DNA from: Nostoc punctiforme PCC 73102
GTDB taxonomy: Bacteria > Cyanobacteriota > Cyanobacteriia > Cyanobacteriales > Nostocaceae
DNA length: 32,000 bases
Direction: 5' to 3'
Assembly: GCF_000020025.1 (NCBI RefSeq)
Contig: NC_010628.1
Coordinates: 2,040,001-2,072,000 of the forward strand
The notes beneath the pieces are model-generated. The model was not told the origin of the DNA. It ran no database searches and saw nothing but the letters and a program-made list of their open reading frames with translations. This document shows positions 23,360 to 32,000 of this stretch, piece after piece (positions within the stretch are counted from its first letter, which is position 1; every line of letters begins with the position of its first letter). The position numbers were made by a program, and so were the translations under genes.

Positions 23360-26300
23360 TTATCTCGTGATTAAAAACTCTTGGATACATTTAACAAAAT
23401 CTTCTAACTCTGAGATTAAGTGAGTAGTACCTCGACGTTCTTGATTGTGAGCTAATTGTTCTAATTTTTGTGCTGCTAGATGCATGGTTGTAGCTCCAAC
23501 ATTGGCGCTAGCACCTTTAATTTGATGGGTTTGGAGCGCTAGCTGCTCATAGTCATTATCTGCGATCGCTATTTTAATAATCTCTAAACGAGGTTGCATA
23601 TCTTCAACAAATATTTCCAGTAGTTCCAATTCAAATTCTGGGTTGTTTTCTGAGAGTTGATGCAAGCGTTCCCAATCAATTGGGAGGTCAACTGAACCTA
23701 CATCTGTTTTAGAACCTTTCTTCTGCTCTAAAACATATATTTCTTTTGCCTGGAATATCACACTTCCCCAACGCTGTAGCGCCGCCGCCAATTTTTCTTT
23801 GATTACTGGCTTGCTCAGATAGTCGTCCATTCCCGCATCTAGACACATCTGTTGATCTTCTTTCATCGCATTAGCTGTCATCGCAATTACTACAGGGCGA
23901 CGACTACTGACAAAGCTGCTTTCTTGCCAACGATGAATTTCTTTTGTAGTTTCTAAACCGTCGAGAACTGGCATTTGGCAATCCATCAAAATTAAATCGT
24001 AGGGGATTTTTTCTAATAGCTGCAAAACTTCTTTCCCATTACCAGCAACATCAGCGCTATAACCTAGGCTTTGGAGTTGCTTCAAAGCAACTTTCTGATT
24101 CACCAGATTATCTTCAGCTAAGAGAATTCTTAATTTATGGAAGTCACGAGCCAGGAGGCGGGAGCTAGAAGAATGATCGTTGCTGTTGTTTTCGTAATCT
24201 TTTAGTTTGAACTCTTGACTTCTGACTTCTGTCTCCTCCTTTATCTGCGTTCCTAAGATAGTCATGATGGTATCGAGGAGTCGGGACGGCTTAACAGGTT
24301 TGACCAAATAAGCCGCAAATCCTATTTTTAGCGCTCGTTGGATTTCATCGCGTTGATTAGTAGAGGTCAGCATAATCAAAGGTAGCCCAGCGATCGCTGA
24401 ATTTGCTTTAATTTGCTCTCCCAAGGTCATGCCATCTACTTCTGGCATGTGCATATCAATCACAGCAATGTCATAGAGATTTTTTTGCTTGGCAGTCTCC
24501 TCAATAGCTTTGAGGGCAATAGTAGCCGAAGCAGCCTGATCTACGAGCATTCCCCAACGGGTAGCTTGATGGTGGATGATTTTGCGATTAGTGGCATTAT
24601 CATCCACCACTAACAAGCGTCGATTAATCAGAAGTTCGCGTTCGCTTTCTGAGGAAATCGGGTAAAGTTGCTGGGCGAAAGTGACTTCAAACCAAAATTT
24701 AGATCCTTTACCCAATCGACTTTCTACCCCAATTTCTCCTCCCATCAAGCTTACCAGTTGCTTGCAGATGGCTAATCCCAAACCTGTGCCGCCATACTTG
24801 CGGGTGTTGGAAGCATCTACTTGGGTAAATGGGGTAAAAAGTCTGCATTGGTCTTCAAAGGTAATGCCAAGACCGGTATCTGTGATGGCAAAATAGATGG
24901 TGGCTGTAGTAGAGGAAAGCGAACGCAATTCTGCTCTGACTACTACCTCTCCATTGCTGGTGAACTTGATCGCATTGCTGATCAGGTTCATAAGAATTTG
25001 CCGCAAGCGGCCAGCATCGCCTTGGAGTTGGGTGGGAACGTTGGGATAGATTAAGGCTGCAATTTCTAATCCTTTATTATGGGCTGAGGGAGCTAATAAT
25101 TCCAACACCTCTTCTAGACAGGTAGATAAGTCAAAATCTAGAGTTTCTAGTGCCATTTCCCCAGCCTCAAGTTTGGACAAATCCAAAATTTCGTTGATGA
25201 GGCTTAAAAGAGCATCTCCACTAATACGAATAGTTTCGATAAAATCCTGTTGCTCCGAGTTTAGGGGAGTTTCTAACATTAAACCTGTCATCCCCAGCAC
25301 AGCATTCATCGGAGTCCGGATTTCATGACTCATGTTTGCTAAAAAGGCACTTTTGGTTTTAGAAGCTAATTCAGCTTGATGACGAGCAACCTCAAGTTCT
25401 CTTCGCTGTTGAGTTTCTGCATACAACATTTGGGCTTGGGCTAAGGCAATACCTACTTGATCGGCTATTTGTCGTAAAAGATGAGTTTCAAAGCTAGACC
25501 ACTGGCGGGAACTGCCACACTGATGGACAATTAGCAAACCGCAGAGTTCTTCTTTGACAAGAATGGGTATGACTAAATTGGATTTGACCCCAAATTGTTG
25601 CAGTAATTCTATGTGCCTTTTTTGAATTTCCACTATATCTAAGTCAGCAAGCTCTAGATTCCGTTTTTGACGATATTGCTGTAGATAGTACTGTTGTGTA
25701 TATTCCGCTTGAAAATAAGAATCAGTGAGTTTTTTCTCTTTAATTGTCAGCCAGCCAGAAACTACTGCTTCAACCACAGTGCTTCCAGATCCATCTGTCA
25801 AAGGTTGATAAATCAAAACTCGATCGCTATGGAGAATTTTTTGTACCTCTGTAACACTGACTTGGAGAATTTCTTGGATTTTCAAAGACTGACGAATCTT
25901 GAGGGTGATTTCAGTAAATAGTTGCGATCGCAAATTTTGGCGTTGGAGTTCTTCTTCTGCCTGCTTGCGCTCAATAAACTGCCCTACTTGCTCACCAATA
26001 GAATTCATGACTTTTGCCAAATCTGGGTCGGGTTGCTGGATTTCATGGCTAAAGCAGGTAATGACACCAAGGATTTTTTTACCACTATGGATCGGAAAAC
26101 CAAAAGCTCCGTGCAGTTCTGCTTGGACAGCCATTTGAGAGCGAATGAAATCTTTGTCTTTAACTACATCAACAATCCAAACAGGTTCAGAACTCACCCA
26201 GACACGACCAGGTAGGCCAATTCCTGGTGCAAAGATGATCTGCTGACTAAGGATCTCAAATTCTTGCATTTCTGAAGACATTTTATACCATGAATTCAGC

Positions 26301-28039
26301 AAAGATAGTAGATTCACTCGCTGATTTACCATCCAAATTTCACTTAAATCCCATTCCAAACTCTCGCAGATTCCTTGCAGAATTTGGGGCATAGCTTCAC
26401 TGATTGTAGTTGACTCTGCTAAGACGCGCGTTGTAGAGTACTGGGCTTTGAGGTGCTGTTCTGCTCGTTTGCGTAAACGAAGCTCATCGTAGGCATCGCT
26501 AATGTCAATACCTGTAGCAACAATGTATTCAACGCAACCCTCATGATCTTGCAAAATAGCATTAGCCCATGAAATCAGCCGCAGACTACCATCCTTTGCT
26601 ACCCAATAATTTTCATATTCTTTGGGCGCTTCACCAGTTCGCAACTGTTCAAAAACTGCTTTAACCGGTTCTACCTGTTCAGGAATGAGAAACAGGTTCC
26701 AGAAATGCCTTCCTCTCACCTCATCGAATGAGTAACCTGTTGTTTGTTCACAAGCTTGATTGAAGCGAACGATCTGCCCTTGTGTATCCAGAACTATTAC
26801 CAAAGCACTAGCTGTATCAAGAACTGCTGAAATAAAGTTGCGTTCTTGGTTTAGCGTTTCCTCTGTTAATTTACGTTCTTTTACCTCACGATAAATGAAG
26901 TAGTAGACTATAGCCAGAGTGATAAAACCTAGGCAAATAGCGATCGCAAGTGTCAAAACTGTGTTGTTTGCACTGGCTTTTGCTGCTTGTGACTGCTGTT
27001 GAAGCAACCTTTTATCCTCATTCTCGATCTCATGGATGACCTTGCGAATATCATCCATAATATATTTCCCATGATTTGTCTGGATTACCTGCAACGCTGC
27101 CTCGAACCCCTGATTTTGACGCAGGTATATAGTCTGCTTGAGTATGGCAAATTTTGCAGCTATCAGAGATTCAAGGGCGGCAAACTGGTTTTGTTGGCTT
27201 GGTTGATCTGCGATTAAATCCTTCAGTTCTACAATTTTTTGATCGATATTTACAACTACTGCTTGATAAGGTTCCAGATAACTTTCTTGTCCAGTCAGGA
27301 TATAACCGCGTTGTCCAGTTTCAGCATCCTTCATCTCGGACAGTAATTCTTCTAGCTTATTGATTTTACCTTGGGTTTTTTGTACCTGATTACTAGCATC
27401 AATCAATATGCGTGTGTTTTGATAAGAAATCACGCCAATCAAAACTAAAATTGCCGATGCTAACCCAAACCCTCCGGCTACTGTTTTAAAAAATTGTTTG
27501 CGTCTCTTGTGTGCCTGTTTGCGTGTATGAGTGACCAATACCAAACTTGCTAAGTTACGCCGCATTTCTAATTGCTTGATTACCTGGCGACCGATAATTC
27601 GCAATGCTTCAACTTGTTCTGGAGAGAGGTTTCTTGGTACACGGTCAATTACACAAAGTGTTCCTAGCGCATATCCTTCAGGGTTAGTTAGTGGTACACC
27701 AGCATAAAATCGAATATCCGGGTCAGAAGTGACTAGCGGGTTTGTCGCAAACCTTTCGTCTTGTGTGGCATCAGGCACAACAAAAACTTCTGGTTGCAGA
27801 ATAGCATGGGCGCAGAAAGCCAAATCTCGCGGTGTTTCTAGGGCTTCCATTCCAACTTTGGATTTGAACCACTGGCGATCGCTATCAATTAAACTGATTA
27901 AGGCAATAGGAGTGCCACAAATATATGAGGCTAAATGGGTGAGATCGTCAAAGGCAGCTTCCGAATGAGTATCGAGGATCTTATACTCCAAAAGAGATTC
28001 GATTCGCTGTATTTCGTTATCAGGTAATGGTGCTTTCAT
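23360..28039 (-). CDS. multi-domain hybrid sensor histidine kinase (GAF-TM-CHASE3-TM-PAS-GAF-GAF-HisKA-HATPase-REC-REC-HPt)
   Basis: Motifs seen: N-terminal GAF; CHASE3-like [18 protein letters not shown] between two transmembrane segments; H-box SHEIRTPMN; G-box GGTGLGLAI; two receivers (DMHMPEVDG and [10 protein letters not shown]); HPt [12 protein letters not shown]. Confidence 0.95.
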   Translation of the reverse strand: MKAPLPDNEIQRIESLLEYKILDTHSEAAFDDLTHLASYICGTPIALISLIDSDRQWFKSKVGMEALETPRDLAFCAHAILQPEVFVVPDATQDERFATNPLVTSDPDIRFYAGVPLTNPEGYALGTLCVIDRVPRNLSPEQVEALRIIGRQVIKQLEMRRNLASLVLVTHTRKQAHKRRKQFFKTVAGGFGLASAILVLIGVISYQNTRILIDASNQVQKTQGKINKLEELLSEMKDAETGQRGYILTGQESYLEPYQAVVVNIDQKIVELKDLIADQPSQQNQFAALESLIAAKFAILKQTIYLRQNQGFEAALQVIQTNHGKYIMDDIRKVIHEIENEDKRLLQQQSQAAKASANNTVLTLAIAICLGFITLAIVYYFIYREVKERKLTEETLNQERNFISAVLDTASALVIVLDTQGQIVRFNQACEQTTGYSFDEVRGRHFWNLFLIPEQVEPVKAVFEQLRTGEAPKEYENYWVAKDGSLRLISWANAILQDHEGCVEYIVATGIDISDAYDELRLRKRAEQHLKAQYSTTRVLAESTTISEAMPQILQGICESLEWDLSEIWMVNQRVNLLSLLNSWYKMSSEMQEFEILSQQIIFAPGIGLPGRVWVSSEPVWIVDVVKDKDFIRSQMAVQAELHGAFGFPIHSGKKILGVITCFSHEIQQPDPDLAKVMNSIGEQVGQFIERKQAEEELQRQNLRSQLFTEITLKIRQSLKIQEILQVSVTEVQKILHSDRVLIYQPLTDGSGSTVVEAVVSGWLTIKEKKLTDSYFQAEYTQQYYLQQYRQKRNLELADLDIVEIQKRHIELLQQFGVKSNLVIPILVKEELCGLLIVHQCGSSRQWSSFETHLLRQIADQVGIALAQAQMLYAETQQRRELEVARHQAELASKTKSAFLANMSHEIRTPMNAVLGMTGLMLETPLNSEQQDFIETIRISGDALLSLINEILDLSKLEAGEMALETLDFDLSTCLEEVLELLAPSAHNKGLEIAALIYPNVPTQLQGDAGRLRQILMNLISNAIKFTSNGEVVVRAELRSLSSTTATIYFAITDTGLGITFEDQCRLFTPFTQVDASNTRKYGGTGLGLAICKQLVSLMGGEIGVESRLGKGSKFWFEVTFAQQLYPISSESERELLINRRLLVVDDNATNRKIIHHQATRWGMLVDQAASATIALKAIEETAKQKNLYDIAVIDMHMPEVDGMTLGEQIKANSAIAGLPLIMLTSTNQRDEIQRALKIGFAAYLVKPVKPSRLLDTIMTILGTQIKEETEVRSQEFKLKDYENNSNDHSSSSRLLARDFHKLRILLAEDNLVNQKVALKQLQSLGYSADVAGNGKEVLQLLEKIPYDLILMDCQMPVLDGLETTKEIHRWQESSFVSSRRPVVIAMTANAMKEDQQMCLDAGMDDYLSKPVIKEKLAAALQRWGSVIFQAKEIYVLEQKKGSKTDVGSVDLPIDWERLHQLSENNPEFELELLEIFVEDMQPRLEIIKIAIADNDYEQLALQTHQIKGASANVGATTMHLAAQKLEQLAHNQERRGTTHLISELEDFVKCIQEFLITR

Positions 28040-28061
28040 TCTTCAGCCTTATCAGTGACTA

Positions 28062-29330
28062 CTAAAATTTGACTCGCAACTGTCCTGTCAAGGAATTACC
28101 ACCGTAAGCACTTCCCCCAGTTTCTTGATTGCGAACATTACTAAAGCTATAGCCAAGGTCTGCCTCTATATTTGGTGAAACCTTGACCGTACAGCGCGTT
28201 TGATAAGTATTGGCGTTATCAAATTCTCCTTTAAGTCGCTGCTGTCCTAAGTTGGCAGCGAGTCGACAGCGTAAGAAATTAGCAATATCTCCTTCCCAAG
28301 CCACCTCAGCGTTGTAAACCAGAAAATCTGGTGGGGAAAAATAGCCACTTGTGCGTTCTAAATCGCGATCGAAATTCCAAGTGAATAAGTTAGCTGCCAG
28401 AGAAAACTGTCCGAACTTGCGTTCTAGCCGACTAAATGACTGCACCTCGGAATTACCATCGTTGTAACTACCCAAACGCAATGATGAAAACAAGCTGGTA
28501 TCACCGTCAATTTGCCAATATAAATCAGGCCCAAATCGCCAAGCAGTAATTTGATTTTCTAAAGTTCGGGCATTGGATTTATAAGGCCCTTGTTCTAAAT
28601 TACCTGATAGTACTACTACCGATAGCAATCGACCTGATGATGAAACTTGCGGTGGCGAAATGGGAGCCTCCACCTTAGCATTGAGATTGATAGCTTTAGG
28701 TAAACTATTGAAGACATCGACTCCGGCTGCTGTTTGCAGAGTCACTTGACCAATTTTTCCTTGCCATCCAACTTGCAAGGGAAAATTCGTAATTGATTCA
28801 ACACCGCGTTGTTCAAATAAGTTAAAACCTGTTTTCACAAATATTTTATTGCCATTATTCAATCGAAACTGAACCGTTGGTTCAAAAAAGAAATTGGTTT
28901 GGCCAAAGTTATCTGTGTCATAGCGATAGTCCGTATGAATGCTTTCCAAAACTGCATCCGGCGTTCTTGGTTCGGTAGAAGTCTTAGGTGGGCTAGAATC
29001 CTCCGGTGGTTCAATGGAAGTTTTTGGTGGACTAGAATTCTGCGGGGGTGAGGGTAACACTGGGGGTAATTGCAAATCAGGATTGAAGTTTTCGGGTGCC
29101 GCCATCAAAATAGGTGTTGGCTCAGGATTTACTTTGGTGGCTCCCTCAGTCAATTCGGAAGGTGAATTCCAGGTCTGATGTGCTTGGGCAGCTTGTAACT
29201 TAGCTTCTGATAATGTCCAAATACCTACGCTACAGATTACTCCTAATTGAATCTGTAGGCATCTCCAAATCAACCCAGTGTAAGAACTATGTGGAGAAAT
29301 AGAGAGATAACGTATAAAACTATCTGCCAT
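28062..29330 (-). CDS. outer-membrane beta-barrel protein with Pro-rich repeat linker
   Basis: Signal-like N-terminus. SSPPKTSIEPPEDSSPPKTSTEP repeat. Alternating beta-strand pattern and a terminal aromatic residue (LRVKF), typical of outer-membrane barrels. The stop lies 22 nt upstream of the kinase start. Confidence 0.75.
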   Translation of the reverse strand: MADSFIRYLSISPHSSYTGLIWRCLQIQLGVICSVGIWTLSEAKLQAAQAHQTWNSPSELTEGATKVNPEPTPILMAAPENFNPDLQLPPVLPSPPQNSSPPKTSIEPPEDSSPPKTSTEPRTPDAVLESIHTDYRYDTDNFGQTNFFFEPTVQFRLNNGNKIFVKTGFNLFEQRGVESITNFPLQVGWQGKIGQVTLQTAAGVDVFNSLPKAINLNAKVEAPISPPQVSSSGRLLSVVVLSGNLEQGPYKSNARTLENQITAWRFGPDLYWQIDGDTSLFSSLRLGSYNDGNSEVQSFSRLERKFGQFSLAANLFTWNFDRDLERTSGYFSPPDFLVYNAEVAWEGDIANFLRCRLAANLGQQRLKGEFDNANTYQTRCTVKVSPNIEADLGYSFSNVRNQETGGSAYGGNSLTGQLRVKF

Positions 29331-29503
29331 AGGTCAATACTATAGTTGTAAATAAAAAACTTGCTGCCAGAGAGTTTTCTGGCTGCTAGCTTATGTATTC
29401 AGCTTGGAATTATGATGCCCAAAATATATGCTTGTTAAGACATGGCAAACAAAAAAGGCATTACTTTTATATACCTGCCCCTTGACTGTCTGATTAGTAT
29501 TTT

Positions 29504-29527
29504 TTGCAAGAGCATCTTGCAATTTTT
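29504..29527 (+). terminator. orphan plus-strand intrinsic terminator (TTGCAAGA-GCA-TCTTGCAA + TTTTT)
   Basis: 8-bp perfect stem, 3-nt loop and a T5 tract, in a 600-bp region with no ORF of 60 aa or more. Confidence 0.4.
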
Positions 29528-29939
29528 AATTTGAGCGTACTCCTAGGTCGAAACAAGCTAGCAAGAGCGTCTCGTAGAGAAGCGACTTGACCGCTCAGCA
29601 ACGAGAACAAACCCAGATTGCCCTCAATACCTGTCGATTAAGGAGAAAAGAGGAATGGCAAAGGGAAATAAAAAACCTTTAATTCAAACCCACTAACCTT
29701 TTGCCCAAACCAATTTCAGTTTAAAATCCAAACCCCGAGCAGTATTGGGTTCTATAAATAGCTATGCCGCACCATTAGAAGAGAAGTGTGTTCTAGGAAA
29801 AGCTTAAGGGAATAAAGGTAAGGGCTTAAATTCATCCCTTACCCTTTTCCTTTAACCGAGAAGTATTGCCTTGAATCCTATTGGTAATTCAAGATAGCTA
29901 GCAGATTTTTGAGATTTGGCAGGATATTCTGGTGAATAG

Positions 29940-30152
29940 TTACTGTGATTTTGACCAACTGCCAACTGTTGTTTTTGAGTCTGCTGTTGCCATTTCAGAG
30001 TTTTCAGTATTGTCAACCTCAAGAGATCGAAGTAATTCTCGAATTACGTCTGTTGCTGGTCTTCCTGTCAAAGCACAGTAGTGTTCAAGTTTCTTCATTT
30101 CCTCAGTGGTGAGATTTACTGTTAGCCGTTTAACAGCCCATTTTTTATTCAT
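29940..30152 (-). CDS. ribbon-helix-helix (CopG-like) protein (70 aa)
   Basis: KRLTVNLTTEEMKKLEHYCALTGRPATDVIRELLRSL is the RHH pattern. Confidence 0.7.
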   Translation of the reverse strand: MNKKWAVKRLTVNLTTEEMKKLEHYCALTGRPATDVIRELLRSLEVDNTENSEMATADSKTTVGSWSKSQ

Positions 30153-30202
30153 GATCCTCTTTTTTCTTTAAAATTGTGCTTTTTGTCGAAATCACCAAGC
30201 GA

Positions 30203-30883
30203 TTATGATTGCTCCCGTAGTGCATAGCCTACACCACGGACTGTATGAATCAAACGCTTTTCATTATTCTCTTCTAATTTGAGTCGCAGATAACGAATAT
30301 ATACTTCAATAATATTAGAATCACCCATGAAATCATAACCCCAAACTTTCTCTAAAATTTGATCTCTAGTAAACACCTGACGAGGATGTGAGAGGAGATA
30401 TTCTAATAAGTCAAACTCTTTTGCTGTTAACTCAATGCTTCGTTTTTCCCGAAAAACTTCACGAGTGCGACGATTTAAGCTTAAATCTTCAAATTGCAAC
30501 AAATCTTCGGCTGTTTCTTGCGTGCGGCGCAGATGGGCGCGAATTCTAGCTAGTAGTTCCTCTATGCTGAAGGGCTTAACTACATAATCATCGGCTCCCG
30601 CGTCTAATCCGGCGACGCGATCGCTCACTTCATCTTTTGCCGTCAGTAAAATTACTGGTACTGTACTACCTGTTGCTCGCAAACGGCGACAAATTTCTAA
30701 ACCTGTTAAACCTGGTAACATCCAATCCAGAATCGCTAAATCTGGTGATGAGTCTCGCGCTAGGGTGAGACCAGCAATCCCATCATGTGCTACACTTACT
30801 TGGTATCCTTCGCTACTTAACTCTAATTCGACAAATCGTGCTAGTTTGACTTCATCTTCCACCAAAAGGATATGTGCTGTCAT
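30203..30883 (-). CDS. OmpR-family response regulator (receiver + winged-helix)
   Basis: ILLVEDEVKLARF, DLAILDWMLPGLTG, KPFSIEEL and a C-terminal IHTVRGVGYAL. ATG 30883 is preferred over the track start at 30931, which overlaps the merR-family gene. Confidence 0.9.
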   Translation of the reverse strand: MTAHILLVEDEVKLARFVELELSSEGYQVSVAHDGIAGLTLARDSSPDLAILDWMLPGLTGLEICRRLRATGSTVPVILLTAKDEVSDRVAGLDAGADDYVVKPFSIEELLARIRAHLRRTQETAEDLLQFEDLSLNRRTREVFREKRSIELTAKEFDLLEYLLSHPRQVFTRDQILEKVWGYDFMGDSNIIEVYIRYLRLKLEENNEKRLIHTVRGVGYALREQS

Positions 30884-30924
30884 AAGTTTGCTTCTGCTAC
30901 CTCCTCTGTCTTCTTTTCTGTTTC

Positions 30925-31365
30925 TCAGCACTGAGGGATATTTTGAATAATGGGACAGATTGTATCTTCATACTGGTCGCCGATATTCTTCCAGCCTGAA
31001 AGTAATCCTTTTATTTCAGATCGCAAAGTTAACAACTGATCGATTTGGCGATCAATTTGCAAAAGCTTGTCCTGGAGCTTTTCTTTGATTTCACCACAAG
31101 GAGCTTGTCCTTGGTCATAGACCTGAAGAATATTTCCAATCTCCTCTAAGCTAAGACCAAGATTTTGTGCCCTTTTAATGAACGCTAGACGAGTCAGCAC
31201 ATCCAATGAAAATTGGCGGAAGCCTCCCTCTGTTCGTCTTGATGATTTGATTAAACCTAAACTCTCGTAATAGCGAATTGTCCTGATAGGGATTCCGCTT
31301 ATATCTGTTACCTGACCAATTAAAAGCAGTTTTGTCTCCTGAGTTAACACGGCAGATTTCCCCAA
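30925..31365 (-). CDS. MerR-family transcriptional regulator
   Basis: IGQVTDISGIPIRTIRYYESLGLI..GGFRQF is the MerR HTH, followed by a coiled-coil region. The TTG start is uncertain. Confidence 0.85.
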   Translation of the reverse strand: MGKSAVLTQETKLLLIGQVTDISGIPIRTIRYYESLGLIKSSRRTEGGFRQFSLDVLTRLAFIKRAQNLGLSLEEIGNILQVYDQGQAPCGEIKEKLQDKLLQIDRQIDQLLTLRSEIKGLLSGWKNIGDQYEDTICPIIQNIPQC

Positions 31366-31518
31366 ATATTGTAATTATTATTACATATTTATACTAATAA
31401 TTTATTAATTCAGATGAGAGTTGAGCCAAATCTTGGTGTCAGTAGTTTAAATTTTTATTTAATTAGAGATATTACTAAGTTTTGATTTTTCAAATATTTT
31501 CAAATATCTATTGTTAAT

Positions 31519-31638
31519 GCATATTAGCTTAATACAGTTCAAATAAGACCAAAACACTTGTAGAGACAGCGATTTATCGCGTCTCAAAACCCGCGATTTT
31601 GTACAAGTAGCGCTTTGAACCGTATTGCATATTAGCTT
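31519..31638. mobile_element. MITE related to the one at 23178: 96-bp element with 13-bp terminal inverted repeats flanked by 12-bp direct repeats
   Basis: The inverted repeats are AATACAGTTCAAA (31531-31543) and TTTGAACCGTATT (31614-31626). GCATATTAGCTT flanks them at 31519-31530 and 31627-31638. The core CAATAC[A/G]GTTCA is shared with the other MITE. Confidence 0.6.
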
Positions 31639-31850
31639 ACATTAAGTGTTCCAGCTTTTACTAGCACACCATGAATCAACAAGTATTTTGATCGCAGTTA
31701 AAACAAACCAACAAAAATGGAACCCTTGGCGATCAACCAAGGGTCATATCAATTTGGTCTTGCGGGGTGTCTAGATGCCGATCAATTATTTATTATCTAC
31801 AACTTCAAGTTTGAACACCCCGGCTAACGAGAATTCGTTTTCGGGCAGAT

Positions 31851-32000
31851 TTAAGGATTGATCGCAAGCTGTGGTTGATTAACACTAGCTTCACGAGACT
31901 TGATGTTGATATTAGTACCAGCATTATTCTGACTGTGTAAGACAAAGCTGATTGCTGTCGCACCCACAGACCTCTGCATCTGCACATAATTAGTAACATC
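31851..32000 (-). CDS. C-terminal end of a gene entering from the right edge (secreted-protein-like C-terminus)
   Basis: The frame is open from 32000 down to TAA at 31851-31853: DVTNYVQMQRSVGATAISFVLHSQNNAGTNINIKSREASVNQPQLAINP. The ending ..SREA......PQL.I.. resembles the terminal strand motif of some secreted carbohydrate-binding/DNRLRE-type domains as I remember them. Confidence 0.35.
   Translation of the reverse strand, partial: DVTNYVQMQRSVGATAISFVLHSQNNAGTNINIKSREASVNQPQLAINP

Noticed and set aside
24413-27968. Plus-strand ORFs of 66-97 aa inside the hybrid kinase gene
   Set aside because: They are antisense shadows of a 1559-aa ORF with a complete kinase domain series.
30884-30931. 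Upstream extension of the OmpR-type regulator to the track start
   Set aside because: It overlaps the MerR-family gene's end and adds a basic, non-conserved leader. The ATG at 30883 gives the canonical receiver N-terminus.
31805-31999. 64-aa minus-strand track ORF at the right edge
   Set aside because: Its composition is implausible (MLLIMCRCRGLWVRQQ). The neighbouring frame, open to the window edge, gives a more protein-like C-terminus.

Overview
The DNA looks cyanobacterial, probably a filamentous Nostocales-type genome or plasmid. The evidence is about 25 HIP1 octamers (GCGATCGC), STRR-like heptamer tandem repeats, small MITEs, and very large multi-domain hybrid histidine kinases. All calls come from reading the sequence and ORF track by eye, with no database search.

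The window splits into three parts.

(A) 1-8.3 kb is a HIP1-rich accessory module that looks like replication and DNA transfer. It holds a minus-strand operon of six small ORFans ending in a membrane-anchored FtsK/TraB-like P-loop ATPase. That ATPase gene is abutted by a phased array of TGTAG[A/G]C repeats. A divergent control region with direct repeats follows. Next is a ribbon-helix-helix (RHH) gene carrying a canonical G_GGA_AAA -1 slippery heptamer just before its stop. Last is a 911-aa Toprim + VirE/D5-type primase-helicase whose coding sequence contains an iteron-like cluster with 11 GATC sites.

(B) 8.6-17.4 kb is a HIP1-poor block of 13 same-strand, translationally coupled genes resembling a virion or fibre module. 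It has three paralogous ~110-aa proteins placed upstream of fibre-like genes, and a 204-aa fibre-like protein. It also has a 971-aa protein with an Ala-rich repeat region and an interrupted collagen-like region, and a terminal membrane-anchored coiled-coil protein. I recognise no capsid, portal, terminase, tail tube/sheath, integrase or lysin. This is the best candidate for something undescribed.

(C) 17.4-32 kb is ordinary signalling and regulatory DNA:
- a lipoprotein and a CheY-like receiver
- a decayed 3' fragment of a tRNA-Lys-like gene next to a cluster of TGAGTAGC repeats, possibly an att scar
- ArsR
- a STAS / response-regulator-PP2C / RsbW-like partner-switching set
- an outer-membrane beta-barrel gene upstream of a 1559-aa hybrid kinase
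- a MerR / OmpR-type regulator / RHH operon
- two related MITEs

No rRNA, intact tRNA or CRISPR array was seen.
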